Assembly (NCBI GenBank): GCA_964187785.1
Contig: OZ076415.1
Span: 18,848,001-18,912,000, forward strand
Direction: 5' to 3'
DNA length: 64,000 nucleotides
Origin: Amphiscolops sp. MND2022
Taxonomy: Eukaryota
The notes beneath the pieces were generated by a model, which was not told where the DNA came from, made no database searches, and saw only the letters and a program-made list of their open reading frames with translations. How positions within the stretch are numbered: the stretch's first letter is position 1; every line of letters starts with the position of its first letter. Position numbers and translations under genes: made by a program. This document shows positions 25,597-36,873 of this stretch, piece after piece.

Positions 25597-26197
25597 GATT
25601 TGCCAAGTGCAGTTTAAGTAACTAAAATAGTCAAGTAACTATATAAAAGAGTCAAGTAGTGGATGGAGATCGAGGAAATTTGGCAGAATTTTGAAAAAAT
25701 GCAACACAAAGCATGATTTTCCTCCCCCATTATATCGGGCGGAAAATAATAATTGTTATTACCAAACAAGGGCCGGTGTTGAAGAATTCAATTCTAGTAC
25801 AACTAAGATCCACCAATTATCATTGACAAACACATTAGTTATTTTGAAAAAAAAATACACAGTACATACAGAAATAAGCTTTTTTGATTGATTCTCCCCA
25901 GACTTCTAAGAACAATTACAGAATCATCACTTTTTGAAGAGTTGGCAAATTTCATGAGTCAAATATTCGGCACGCAATTTGAAAACAAGCTTTGAATTTA
26001 TTCTGTTAGATTTTGATCGAACATTTGACGAATTACTCTAAAACCATACCTACCTTTCGCTCGAAATTGAAATGTGTTTAACAAGATTTATTGAATTTTT
26101 TTTTCAACTTGACTCTGAAGAAGGGCGTTAGTCGGTTGGGGAGATTAACCAAGAAGACCATCGGTCATTTTTGGTACTTTCACTCTACTGTTTTTTG

Positions 26198-26575
26198 TTA
26201 ATTGCTTTTGAAGTGGAATGGGTGCCGCAAGCTTGAAGACCACCATACAGCCTGTTTGAAACTTTTACCCGGCTGGCTTTCAATACTATAAGAGCAACGA
26301 GATACGTCATTGGCTACCCGAGTCATGATTGTGTTCAACTCTTCGTTTCGTTCAGCTGCGTCGCCTAAAAGCCGATTGGCTAAGCATTGAATGAAATAGC
26401 TCCCTTTTTCTGTTCGAGCTGATTTATGATCTGTGGCCGAAGGATATGCAACCAGAACGTCTGCTTCGGTGGGGATTACAGCAAATTCCTGTGCTGGAAG
26501 GGGGACCTGATCATCTCCTTCTCCGCTCATTGTATCAACTTTTATGCCTTCATCTCGCGTCTTTCCTCGACAAGC
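26198..26575 (-). CDS. Caspase, last exon (catalytic ACRG, linker, p10 subunit)
   Basis: Acceptor CTACAG|GCT TGT CGA GGA completes Q|ACRG; IPTEADVLVAY, SAR..GSYFIQCL and KQ..SSLRHPFHF are caspase p10 motifs; 378 nt including the stop. Confidence 0.92.
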   Translation of the reverse strand, partial: ACRGKTRDEGIKVDTMSGEGDDQVPLPAQEFAVIPTEADVLVAYPSATDHKSARTEKGSYFIQCLANRLLGDAAERNEELNTIMTRVANDVSRCSYSIESQPGKSFKQAVWWSSSLRHPFHFKSN

Positions 26576-26838
26576 CTGTAGTGCGGAAACATAAACATCA
26601 ATATTACATACTTTTGAAACGTTCTACTGAAAATCTATGATGTTTTGCCTATTTTGATATGAAAACATGAAAACCTTTCTATGACCCTACCATTATGTTT
26701 GGTAAAATAAAAGTTTTCTTCTGAAACTATTAAAAGTAAATATGAAGTTTTTTTCTCATAAAATAGCAAAAGAAATAACCGGAACATAGGAAAAATGCTA
26801 GAGAGATTAACGCTTTAATTAATTTTATAATTTATTTC

Positions 26839-27274
26839 GGTACTCCTGACTAAGTGTGGTCCCAAGCGATTTCTCCTTACTAAGTGTGGTCCCTAAAATA
26901 CAAAAGTGGTCCCTGCATATTTTGTCGGAATAATTATTATAACGTAGTCAGCTATGTTCACATACCCCTAGTGCCCTAAATGCAGGAGCGAAGCGAAGCG
27001 GAGCGACGTGCCATATGGCCATGCCTCAATGTTGCTACTTGGCGAAGGGAGCGAAGCGACCGAGCCATACAACAAATTTGCTAACCTCTTCAAATCAAGT
27101 TCCATACATATTGGCTGTAACAGCACTAAAAGCTAGTAAATTGAATTCTGCTGTTTTGAACTACATGTAATGTTTGCTTTACGCTCTTCCAAATTTGCTA
27201 GGGACCACACTTAGTCAGGAGTTTTCAGGCCGGCTGCATAAATTTTGTAGGGACCACACTTAGTCAGGAGTACC
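26839..27274. mobile_element. MITE-like element, copy 1 (25-bp TIRs)
   Basis: Perfect TIR GGTACTCCTGACTAAGTGTGGTCCC / GGGACCACACTTAGTCAGGAGTACC, with subterminal repeats of the same motif. Confidence 0.85.
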
Positions 27275-27315
27275 TTGAATGTGAAATTGAATTCTTCACT
27301 ATTGAAAGTGCAAAA

Positions 27316-28277
27316 GGTACTCCTGACTAAGTGTGGTTCCAAGCGATTTCTCCTCACTAAGCGTGGTCCTTATAATATAGGTGTGGCCCTGCATATTTTG
27401 TTGGAATTATTTTCAAAACGTAGTCAGCTATGTTCACATACCCCTAGTGCCCTAAATGCAAAAGCGAAGCGACGCAGAGCGACGTGCCATATGATCAGGG
27501 ATGTTAAAAGATTAATCTACTATCTATCTTGGGTTCTCGATAGATTATCTATATCTTGATCATGGAAAAAATAGATAATCGGAATGATATTTATTTTATC
27601 TTCGACTCATTTAATGATTTTATTCACTAGGTTAATGTTCCAAAATGGACGATTAAAAAACAGAAACATTTGAGCTTCAAGCATGAAAGGCGACATTTTT
27701 TGTGATGCTCGTCAAAAGTTGTTTTCACTCGGCTGCGCTTGAAACTATACGCATTTTGTGCATGTACTAGACTCCGGCCGCATTTCTATAATTTTCGCAA
27801 TAAAAATTCAAAAATCTTCGAAATGAATATATTATGCAGTTTTCATTTGGTAAACATGATAATCTTAACGATAAAGATATTATCTTTTATCTTAAACCTC
27901 GAAAATAGATTATTGTATCTTATTTTTCGAAGATATTTTTTCGATAGATTATCTTTTTAACATCCCTGCATAACACCATCCTCACTATTGCTACTTGGCG
28001 AAAGAAGCGAAGCGACCAAGACATACAACAAATACGATAACCTCTCCAAAGCAAGTTCCATACATATTGGCTGTAACAGCAACAAAAACTAGTAATTTGA
28101 ATTCTGCTGTTTGAGACTCTGTAAATTTTTGGACATGTAATGTTTTCTTTAATTTTGAACTACATGTAATGTTTGCTCTACGTTGGCTCTTCTAAATTTG
28201 CTAGGGACCACACTTAGTCAGGAGTTTTCAGGCCGGCTGCATAAATTTTGTAGGGACCACACTTAGTCAGGAGTACC
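27316..28277. mobile_element. MITE-like element, copy 2, interrupted by a nested insertion
   Basis: Same TIRs and internal sequence as 26839-27274; starts 41 bp after copy 1. Confidence 0.85.
27496..27968. mobile_element. Non-autonomous hAT-like element nested in MITE copy 2
   Basis: TIRs CAGGGATGTTAAAA / TTTTAACATCCCTG. The segment is absent from copy 1. Flanks CATATGAT / CATAACAC fit a decayed 8-bp duplication of CATATGGC, the empty site in copy 1. Confidence 0.65.
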
Positions 28278-29729
28278 TTTATTTCAATTGATGCATGAAT
28301 TTCTTTACCAAAAATTACACTGCCTTTTTAAAGGAAACTAATTGATATCTCTTTTAATAAAGGAATTTAGTGCTTTTTCTTACCAGTCTATTTGATAGTC
28401 CCCATTCTATCTGGGGAAGAAAGTTGAGTGTTGACGGGCCAGAGTGTGGGTCCCCTTTTTCAGGGGCTAGAAGGCAGCCACTTCCCCTTTTGGAAAAGTG
28501 TATGAAGTGAATTGATGTCAGAGACGGAAAAATTAGAGTAAAATGAGTTTTCTGCTTTCAAAGCTTCAACAGGTGCTCTCGCCCCCCCCGTTTTTTGAAT
28601 CGCGCGTAACAGATCCGAAACATGAGATGTAAATGTATTCAAAAAGAACGAGCAAAAAACCCAAAGGTTTTTTCTTTGTCGCCACCAACTTAGATCGGAA
28701 GACTGAGTTCTGAGTACACTTAACAAAGATCGGCGCCTATCTCAAGTTATGTTATAACCCAACATGAGATAGGTAACGATCCTTTGATAACGTTTTGTAC
28801 AAACTTCCACATTACCTTGCGATACTCCAATACGTACTACTGATGTCAGTGCATCAAAATTCAAAAACATTGTGGAATTGTAACAACTTCTCCCACCCAC
28901 CACCAAATTTTTTCGAAAGTAAATTTCTTGAAAATTTTTAGACTAGGCTATTAAAAATTGTCACAGCCCAACAGCTGTGTTGGACCCGGAGCGCAGCTGT
29001 AAGAAGGTGAACAGAAGTCAGAACTGGCCCAAACCTGAAACTGATAAGGGACATAATCAAAACTGTACCTTCATTTTATCTCAATTATGTCATGTAAATA
29101 TCATCTTTCGATAATATTTTGTCTCAGTTGATTGCCATTTTTTGTAAAACTGGGTTTTGAAAAAAGTAAGCTTGAAAATATTCCAATGACAAAATGATTT
29201 AGTAAATCATGCTACCATCAAATGACGTTATTTGGAATCCATAGCGTTTTTGCCATTGTCATTAGGCGGTAATATACGTTTCGAGGTTTACCGAGTATAC
29301 GTCCTAATGCGTTTTTGCATAGTACTATTATGCGGTACTATGGGGTTCGAGGTTTGACGCATACTCATCATTATGCTTTTTTGCATGGGAGCCACTTTGC
29401 GGCAACATGCAGTTCGATTAGTGATGAGTGCTCGCCTTGCAGCTATGTTTTCATATGCTATTGAATAACATTTGGAAGACCTTTTGTATGATGTTGTATA
29501 CCATTTTCTAGGATCCCTTGGACCTCTCAATCACATTTTGAATGTCATACAGTAAAATTTGGAGATCTTAATTCTATGAAGTTTTCCTGACGTAACCCTA
29601 TTTTATTCTTTTGCGGGATGACTCCGACAGCAAGAAGTAAAGTTTGGTAGATGTAAATTGTATGACGGTTTCCTGACGTGACCCTAATTTTAATCTTTTG
29701 TCTCATTTGTGTCTCGAAAATCGTCTCAT

Positions 29730-30330
29730 TTTGTGAGCTCAGAATATAGAAACAGACAAAATAGACGTTCTAAGAGACTAGGAACATCCTCTCCTGAAAT
29801 AGAAACAGGTGATACTTACGTTGAAACGCCTAATCCAGGTAATGTGACTTTCATTTTTCCTAGTGTTAAGGTTTAAAAAAGGTAAGTAGAAGACAACTTG
29901 GAAACCCAATTGGCTGAACATAGTCAAATTAGCAACAAAATTCAATCGTGGACTCAACTTATTGAGCAAAAGAATAACGATAGAATCGTGAAAAGGAGAG
30001 AAGAGATGGATAACAAACTTGAAGCTTTTCTGAAAGAAATTATGACCAGCAAAACTACCTCTACAGTTTCGAATCTTAGTTCTGAAACGAATGAAACCCA
30101 AAATGAGCAGCTGCCGGGATCTAAAAACGATAAGTCTAAAGGGGTTCAGGCATCAAAAGACGAAAGCTCAGATACAGAAGATGAGGATTAGCCTCTGGAC
30201 GCCACTGAAATGAAGGATTTAAGACATCCGGCTAAACCGTTGAACGGAAATTAGCTAAACTTAGATAAACTAAATTAACTAAACTATAGTTTCAAATGCG
30301 GACTCAGAGGAAGATGATTATCACAAGAGT
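29730..30330 (+). mobile_element. Probable retroelement ORF1/gag N-terminal remnant in a caspase intron
   Basis: Broken hydrophilic, coiled-coil-like frame (..EEMDNKLEAFLKEIMTSK..ESSDTEDED*) antisense to the host gene, with no splice signals. Family not identified. Confidence 0.35.
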
Positions 30331-30740
30331 AATACATACTTTCAAAAAAGGAAGTTAACGCCTATTATAAAATAGTTTTTTCTTCGATCAAAAATTTTTG
30401 CACTCGTTTTGACTAAAATCTTGTTCATATTTACTGTTTTTTGTGACTCAAAACAGAAATCCATTGATTTCTTCATCAAGAATGCGTGACTTAGGCGAAA
30501 GTAGTATGCACAAAATTGGTATTCCAATTCCAAACTGTCACTATGAAAATACATTTAAAGTTGAAGGTTTCTGGTTTGTATTCTAGTCTTTTTGTTTTAG
30601 GATTTTCACTATTTTTCCTAAGAATTTTGGTGGTGGGGGAAAGCTGAACTGAGCCGATTATCCATATGAAATATTCAATAGATTCAACTCTCTGAATTTC
30701 TCTCAATAATTTCTGGAAACCTCGTTTAATACGGTCTAAC

Positions 30741-30864
30741 CTGGACAAAAAACAGCTTTGGTTTTCCAGCCAAGTTTGCGTCATCTTCAAGAAATGGTGA
30801 AATAATTTCTTTCTTCAGCTGGACTTTCTTGTGGTCGCTAGTCAGGATTACTTCTTTGCCATTG
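30741..30864 (-). CDS. Caspase exon 4 (..ILTSDHKKV..LAGKPKLFFVQ)
   Basis: Acceptor CATTTTAG| in phase 2; ends GTC CAG|GTTAGA in phase 0; GKPKLFFVQ is the canonical motif before ACRG. Confidence 0.92.
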
Positions 30865-30950
30865 CTAAAATGCTGGGACTTTCATCGATCCAAATTATGA
30901 AAGAAGTTCCTTGGCTTGTTAGAAAGGTTTATTTGTTACGTAATACTTAC

Positions 30951-31023
30951 TCGACATCTCCATGTGCCAATATCACCATTATGAACACATCCAAATTTTT
31001 GTTTGTGTCTTTGTTCGATTTAG
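30951..31023 (-). CDS. Caspase exon 3 with catalytic His (VFIMVILAHG)
   Basis: Acceptor T-run-CAG| in phase 1; donor GA|GTAAGT in phase 2; 73 nt, consistent with both neighbouring exons. Confidence 0.92.
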
Positions 31024-31399
31024 CTGAAAAAAAAAGAAACATTAGGGAAGACCTGCTTCATAAACGATGGTTTGGATCTGTTCAGTCTCCGTATGTCGGC
31101 AAGTCTAAAACTCTTAGACGAATCTTTGTTCTTGAGCGTACTTGCCATTTTGTTACATTCCTGATGCGCGAAAGATGCATCAAAATCTCCGGCAGTGCAA
31201 AAACTCTTCTTATTGCTTCCTCTATTTCGTTGCCTACTATAGCGTATTAACAAAGTTTGAGATTACCTCTAAATTTTAGTCAGCGCTTTATGAAAATAGT
31301 GCTCGACTCTGGCAGTGCAGTTTTGTTTTCATCAGCCACCGTGAAAGGTCCACTTGTATAAGGTTTCAAAAACTTTATATGGAAGATGTCTCGCCTTTT

Positions 31400-31910
31400 G
31401 GCCTAGCAGATAACGCAAACTTTCAGGCTTGGTGATGGGGCCTGAGAAACAGGAGTACATGGGTTCGAGTCCGGCATTAGACCTGAGTTTTATGCTAGCA
31501 AAGATAGAGGAAAAACACTTTGTAGTATTTCGGCACTATGCGACTTTTTTTCTGATCTTTTTATCGAAGCCTTCCTTCAATTATTATCAGAATTAAAGCG
31601 TCTTGCGAGCATTGAGTTCCCCTTAATTTCGGAAAAAATACACAATATTTTTTGGTTGTGAGGTTTTTGTTTCAGGAAAATCGTTCTCCGAGTCTTACAG
31701 GTGACCTACTTGACTGCTTTTCTTTTTGGCTATTTGGTTTTTTCAATAAATGTGGAAAAGATCTACGATTTTTTCGGCGCTGAGCGACTTTTTTTCGAAA
31801 AAAAATAATTTGGTCAAAGGGTACCGCCTTCACGTTTTGAAACGTTTTCGGCTTGAAAAAAGCGTTTTGCGAACTTGAAGGATCTCGATTTGGGTTTTTC
31901 GTCACGATGA
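31400..31910 (+). repeat. Internal part of the Helentron-like family with a tRNA B-box-like motif
   Basis: GGGTTCGAGTCC at about 31460 followed by TTCGGCACTATGCGACT, the same order as at 10745-10810. Confidence 0.45.
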
Positions 31911-32513
31911 GACTATGTCAGAAAATGAAAATGTCGACAAGTTTTCAAAAATTGTGTTTTTTGATATTTTAAGTCTGGGAAAAAAGGGTTTTCGAGTTTT
32001 AAGGGTATTCCTTCGGGTATTTTTGGCACTGTAAATTTGATTTAAAAAATTTCTACAAGTGCCCCTTTCACAATAGAAAATCTGACTTGTGTCAATAGAA
32101 AATGTCATGATGTGAGCAGGCAAAATTGGAAACTCAGGAAACTCACACAGAATTATTTTCTGAAATTATCCGTTGTTTCTATTCAAAAGGTTTTCCTTGA
32201 TTTGTATTAATAATTTTGCCATTTTTTGATGTTTCTGTATTCTTTTTTACCGAAAAGCATGACAGTCTCACTATGCCGATTTCGCTAATCCAACTAAACG
32301 AGCTCCAAGATATTTCAAGATGAATTAGCAAAATCCACCGGCTGTAAAACATATTTTATTTAAAACAATTATTATCAATCCCAAAAACCACAGAGTTTAT
32401 TTATACCGCAATTATTACAACAAAAATACTTCAAATGATTTTCCAAATACGCCTTTTTGGAATTAAATTTAGTTTCAAGCTATTGCTTCATTAAAAAAGT
32501 GACGGGGACCTAC

Positions 32514-32719
32514 CAAATTCTTGAATAGCTTTCGTTAAATCTTTTCTATCAACTTCTGGACCTCTGATGTGAATGTTTGTACTATCGATTCCCAGCTTTT
32601 GCAACGCTTGACACATACTGTTTACGTCTTCGGCTGATCCTGCTCTTTCTTTCTGTGTCTTCTGGATTTTGTCCCATACAGTCTTGTAAATTTCGATGTT
32701 GACAATCAGAACTTGGGCT
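32514..32719 (-). CDS. Caspase exon 2 (start of p20: QVLIVN..ERAGSAEDV..LQKLG)
   Basis: LIVN and R-x-GS-x-x-D caspase motifs; donor TTT G|GTAGGT in phase 1. The 5' boundary is ambiguous (32717 or 32719; see findings). Confidence 0.88.
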
Positions 32720-33375
32720 TTTATTGGAACAGAAATTGTGTATGGAAGAATGTTGGCATTTGTTAGAAGAGTGAACAATGGATCGACTTTGAAGTTACTA
32801 AAATAAACAGTAAACAAGGGGTAAAGTGATACTGATAGCGCTTTCAGTATTTTTTTCAAACGATCGGAAGGCGAGCCTGAAACTTTTATCCTCTGAAAGC
32901 GCTAAAGATATCAGCTTAGTTAAAGTTCCCAGATAGGTTTGAGTTTCGAACGGGGCTCCTGTTTAAACTGTTTCCAGATATTCACACATCACTTTCGGTC
33001 AGCTTAAGGACACTCTAAAATTTTGAAATTAGAAAGAAAATATAACAATCAAGAAGTTTCTCACAACGAATGCATTTCTATAAAAATTTCTATTTCGAAC
33101 CTGTCAACAGTTTTAGGAACCGTGAGACTGTAGTCTCACGTTTCTTAAAATTGCTGAAAGACAGGTTCGTCATATTCGTAGTGATGACGTAAAATAGTCA
33201 AAACTGAAGAGAAAAACTTTGTGCCTCTCTTGCATAAAAGTAAGTTTCATGTTAGCCTTGTCTTGGCTGTCTACTGAATTCCAAATCCAAAAAATTGAAC
33301 CAATAAATTTTTATAAAATTTGTTTTTTAAAGGTTTCCAACATTTTTCTGACGTCTGAAAATTATTGAGTCTAAC

Positions 33376-33548
33376 CTATCAAAGGGCTTAACGTTTTGGT
33401 AAGAATAAACAAAGTCTTCCTGTTTTGTGTTCATAAACGGAAGAAGATCTTCCTGAGCAGGAATGGCATGAGAGCTACTTTGAGACTGGAGGTCTTTGAC
33501 GTCATTGTCTTGACTACCATCTTGCTCTTTGTCTGACATCTCCACAAA
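33376..33548 (-). CDS. Caspase exon 1 (short acidic prodomain, MSDKEQDG..DFVYSYQNVKPFD)
   Basis: Acceptor TTGTTTCAG| at 33549, ATG at 33539, donor AG|GTTAGA at 33375. The Tyr-containing segment sits where caspases have the Y-x-M motif before beta-strand 1. Confidence 0.65.
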
Positions 33549-33574
33549 CTGAAACAAGTTAAATCAAAACGTTT

Positions 33575-33757
33575 TGGAAATAAAGCGGCATTTATGTATT
33601 TTTTTCGCAGCTGTAAGATGCTGGAATCTTGTGAATCGTTATGGTATCAATCGAATGGTATGGTAGCAAAATCATCAACATAAATGCGACAGAAATCAAT
33701 TAGAGTTTGTTTGTAAATAGTATTTAAACAAATCTCTGTCTAAAGTATTTCAAGTTA
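33575..33757. repeat. About 185-bp unit, repeated in permuted order at 36874-37056
   Basis: TATCAATCGAATGGTATGGTA..GTATTTCAAGTTAT and TTTTTTCGCAGCT..GATGCTGGAATCTTG..AATCGTTATG occur on both sides of the Gypsy remnant. Confidence 0.8.
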
Positions 33758-36700
33758 TGAAATGCGGCAGTTTGACCTTGGCATTCCACATTCCCCCCAT
33801 CCGGGTAAAGTTGGCTCCGTATGGTTGTTTGGGTTTGTATGTCCGCATCATACGGTTAGTTTGTAGGCTCTCTGTAATTGACCGTATATTTCGGTTGTCT
33901 GCAGTTGTTCCGGCTGGTTGATCTGTTTTTCCTGTCAAAAACAATTATTACTTGTTTTCTTTTTTGTTATTAGTATAGTATGGGATACCGCCTAATTTTT
34001 CGGTTTGTTTGGCATGGTATGTCTGGCATGGAATGTTTGATTCTTTTTAATATTCTCAACGTTAGGTGAGATTCGTCAATTGGTTCTCTTGTTTTTATAC
34101 CTGCCTCTGGGTTTAAGTTTGTTTCTCTAGTTGCAGTTCGTCGCCTAGGTTGGTGTGCACTGGATTTCCTTCGCCAGTATTGTAGCATTGGAAATCGTCG
34201 TCGTCTGACACCATACTCGTTCCTCGGTTGCTCTTTTCTTTTGAGCCAATCAGCGCTGTTCTCGGTGTTTTCTGCTCGCGGCGGTTCTTTTCTGCGGTAA
34301 CCGCAATTTGTTGTGCCGGTCCCGTTCGTCTTTGAGCACGATGGCTGGTCGGCTGTAGTCGAGAGTCTTGTATTGATGTATTGATTCTTTTCATTTGTGT
34401 GGCTGTGTTCTTAAAAGATAGTGGGCTAGAGATTAGTTTCCTGTGTATAATTTTGTTTTTGTCGGTGGTGATGGTGTGTTTGGTACCAAAGACTGCAATC
34501 TGCGATTTGTTATCGAACTTACTACCGAGTCAGCTTTTTGTATAATCTTTCTCGAAGAAAGTAAACGGGTAATTGGAGTTTTTATTTTTACTTACCGTAT
34601 TTGACCGTTTTTTGTTTTGGGTGAAGGCCATCCTTCTCCGATACTTCGGGTCATTGCTTTTTTTGGACATTGGTATGAATTTTGCGAAATATTGTATTCT
34701 TCCGAGAAATGACGGGAATGTTTTCTTATTTGTCGGTGTATTCAATTTGTTGATTGCGTCTGTTTTTTCTTTGTTTGGTCTGATTCCGTCTTCTCAGATG
34801 GTGTGTCCCAGCCACGCTGTTTCTTTCTGGTAGAATTTTGACTTTTTTTGCTGGCTTTGTATCCTTCGTTTTCAAATTTAGTTTGGACTGTGTCCAGGTT
34901 TTGTGTATGTTGTTCTTTCGTACCGCGTGTCACGAGAATTATATCGTCCAGCCATACCGGTATTTGGTGGCCGACTGTTCGATGCATCTTTTCTTGAAAG
35001 ATGGTCGGCATGTCTGCTGGCCCGTAAAATCCCTTCAAGAATCGGTAATATCCGTTCAATTTTTCTCCCGTAATAGCAAAATTGCATTTCTTGCTTGTTT
35101 CCGGTGCTAATGTCATTCGTCCATAAGTATAGTCCAAGTCTATTACTGATATCCAAATTTGGTCTAGCTCGTTTTTTTTTGATAGTTCGGATAAGATTTG
35201 GTTAAATATTTCGTCCATTTTTATTTTGTTTGGTCTCTTTATGATGCAACTGTCCCTTAGTTTGCGGGCATCGAGCGCCACTTTGACTGTTTTGTCTTTT
35301 TTACCGTAATTACTACGTGCGATACGAAACACTTTTCTTCAGATGTTTCTAGTCTTTCTAAGTGTCCGGATTTTTTTGGTCGGTCTTGTTCATTTCTTAC
35401 ATCGTCTTGTAGGTGATACGGTTTTGGTCGTGATTTTTGTTGAATTAGGTAATATCTCTGTTTGATCTGTATCTTTATTTCGTTAATTTTGATTGTGTGA
35501 TTTGTTTCAAATAGTTTCTTGAGTATTGTTTGTTTTGCCGTCTCTGATTGGTTGGTTTCTTTATGCAATAAGATTCTATTGATGGTGATTGGTAGGTGCT
35601 CTTAGCCAATTCACTCCTAATAGAGGTATTATTACGGTTCTTTTTGTGATCAGGAGCGGTAACTTTTTTCGTTCACATCTTGGTATATTTTTTTCAATGG
35701 TCGGATGTCTTCTGGTTTGTATAAAGTCCGATTGTTAGGCATGATGGTGACCGGAGAGCCGGTGTCGATGATAAATTTCTGTTTTTCACTGTTTTTTTTC
35801 TATTTCGACGCCAGAGTGGTCTTTGTTGTACGGTACTATTTTGTTTATTCGTGTGATTTGGTGTACTTGTTCGGGTCCACTTTTTTCATTATCTTCTGAT
35901 GTTATGACCCGTAGATAGTTGATTTTTTTTGTATTGTCGTTTGGTTTTCCGCATGCAAAATGCCCTATTTTCTGGCAGTTGTGGCATTTTACCGTTTTTG
36001 CCGAGCAGTTACGTTGAACGGTCCAGTTCTGTTGTCCGCAGAGTCCACAAATATTTTTCTTCGGTTGGTTTCGTTGTTCTCGATATTGTGTTGCTTGAAT
36101 TTTTTTGGAACAGTTCTTCTTTTATTTCTTTATCTTTTGCCAAAACAGGTGATATGGTAGATTGTTTGTGTCGGCGGTCGTAACTGTTTTGGGTGACAAG
36201 TTCCACGGTTGTTTTCATGTCTAAGATTTTTTCTCGGATAAGTTTTACCCGAAGTTTTTTGTCGGTTATGCTTGTGATAATCTTTGATATAAGGAGGTCT
36301 TCCTGTTTTACGTCTTTGAAGTCGCAGTTCTTTTCTAGGGTTATTAGCTTTCTATAGTGTTCTTCGGGTGTCTCGTTGTCTTCTTGCTTTGCCAAGAAGA
36401 AATCTCCACGACTGTAGTAGGTGTTTCTTTGGCATGTAGTATTCCCGGAAAAGATGTATTAGCTTGTCGGTTTTGATTGTATCGGGATCCGTGGTGACCT
36501 CTCCTTTTGTGATAATTTCGACTGCTGATTTTCCGGCGCACCATATGAACTCTTGTCTGATTTCTGGTTCTTTTGTGTCCCAGTTTCCGCCATCTGGTAA
36601 TACTCGATTGATCTTAAGGATTCTTTCTATGTAATGCCGAAATCGTTCGGTCCATTCTTTGGTGTGTGTAGTTTCTTCCCGTCAGCTCAGGTATTTTCTA

Positions 36701-36873
36701 GGTATGGTAGTTGTATCTTTGTTGACACGGCCATGTTATGTTGATGGAGTGTTAAAAAATGGTTTCACAGTGTAAGAATGGAATAGAAGGAAAATCTTGC
36801 CTACTGCGCCATGTTAAGATCTCTAAAATGCTGGTTAAGAACAACGTTGGGGAGTATGTATCTTTAATGTAAG
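33758..36873 (-). mobile_element. Decayed, internally deleted Ty3/Gypsy element (related to 19506-24640)
   Basis: LTR end TAACA plus PBS TGGCGCAGTAGGCAAG (36811-36796); gag ORF 36009-36395; FIIDTGSPVTIMP protease (about 35750); RT with DLDYTYG, LKGFYGPADMPTIFQ and WLDD; PPT GGGGGGAA (33798-33791) then TGTGG. No recognisable RNase H or integrase core. Confidence 0.85.

Noticed and set aside
5037-26000. lola/mod(mdg4)-style array of alternative zinc-finger exons
   Set aside because: Only one C2H2-bearing exon was found on either strand in the ORF track and by reading.
26839-28277. CRISPR-like array of CTCCTGACTAAGTGTGGTCCC repeats
   Set aside because: The repeats are direct and inverted subterminal copies of a TIR with no unique spacers, in a eukaryotic intron.
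32250-32341. Extra caspase exon bounded by TTACAG and GTAAAA
   Set aside because: Not needed: exon 2 joins exon 3 in phase, and the translation is not caspase-like.
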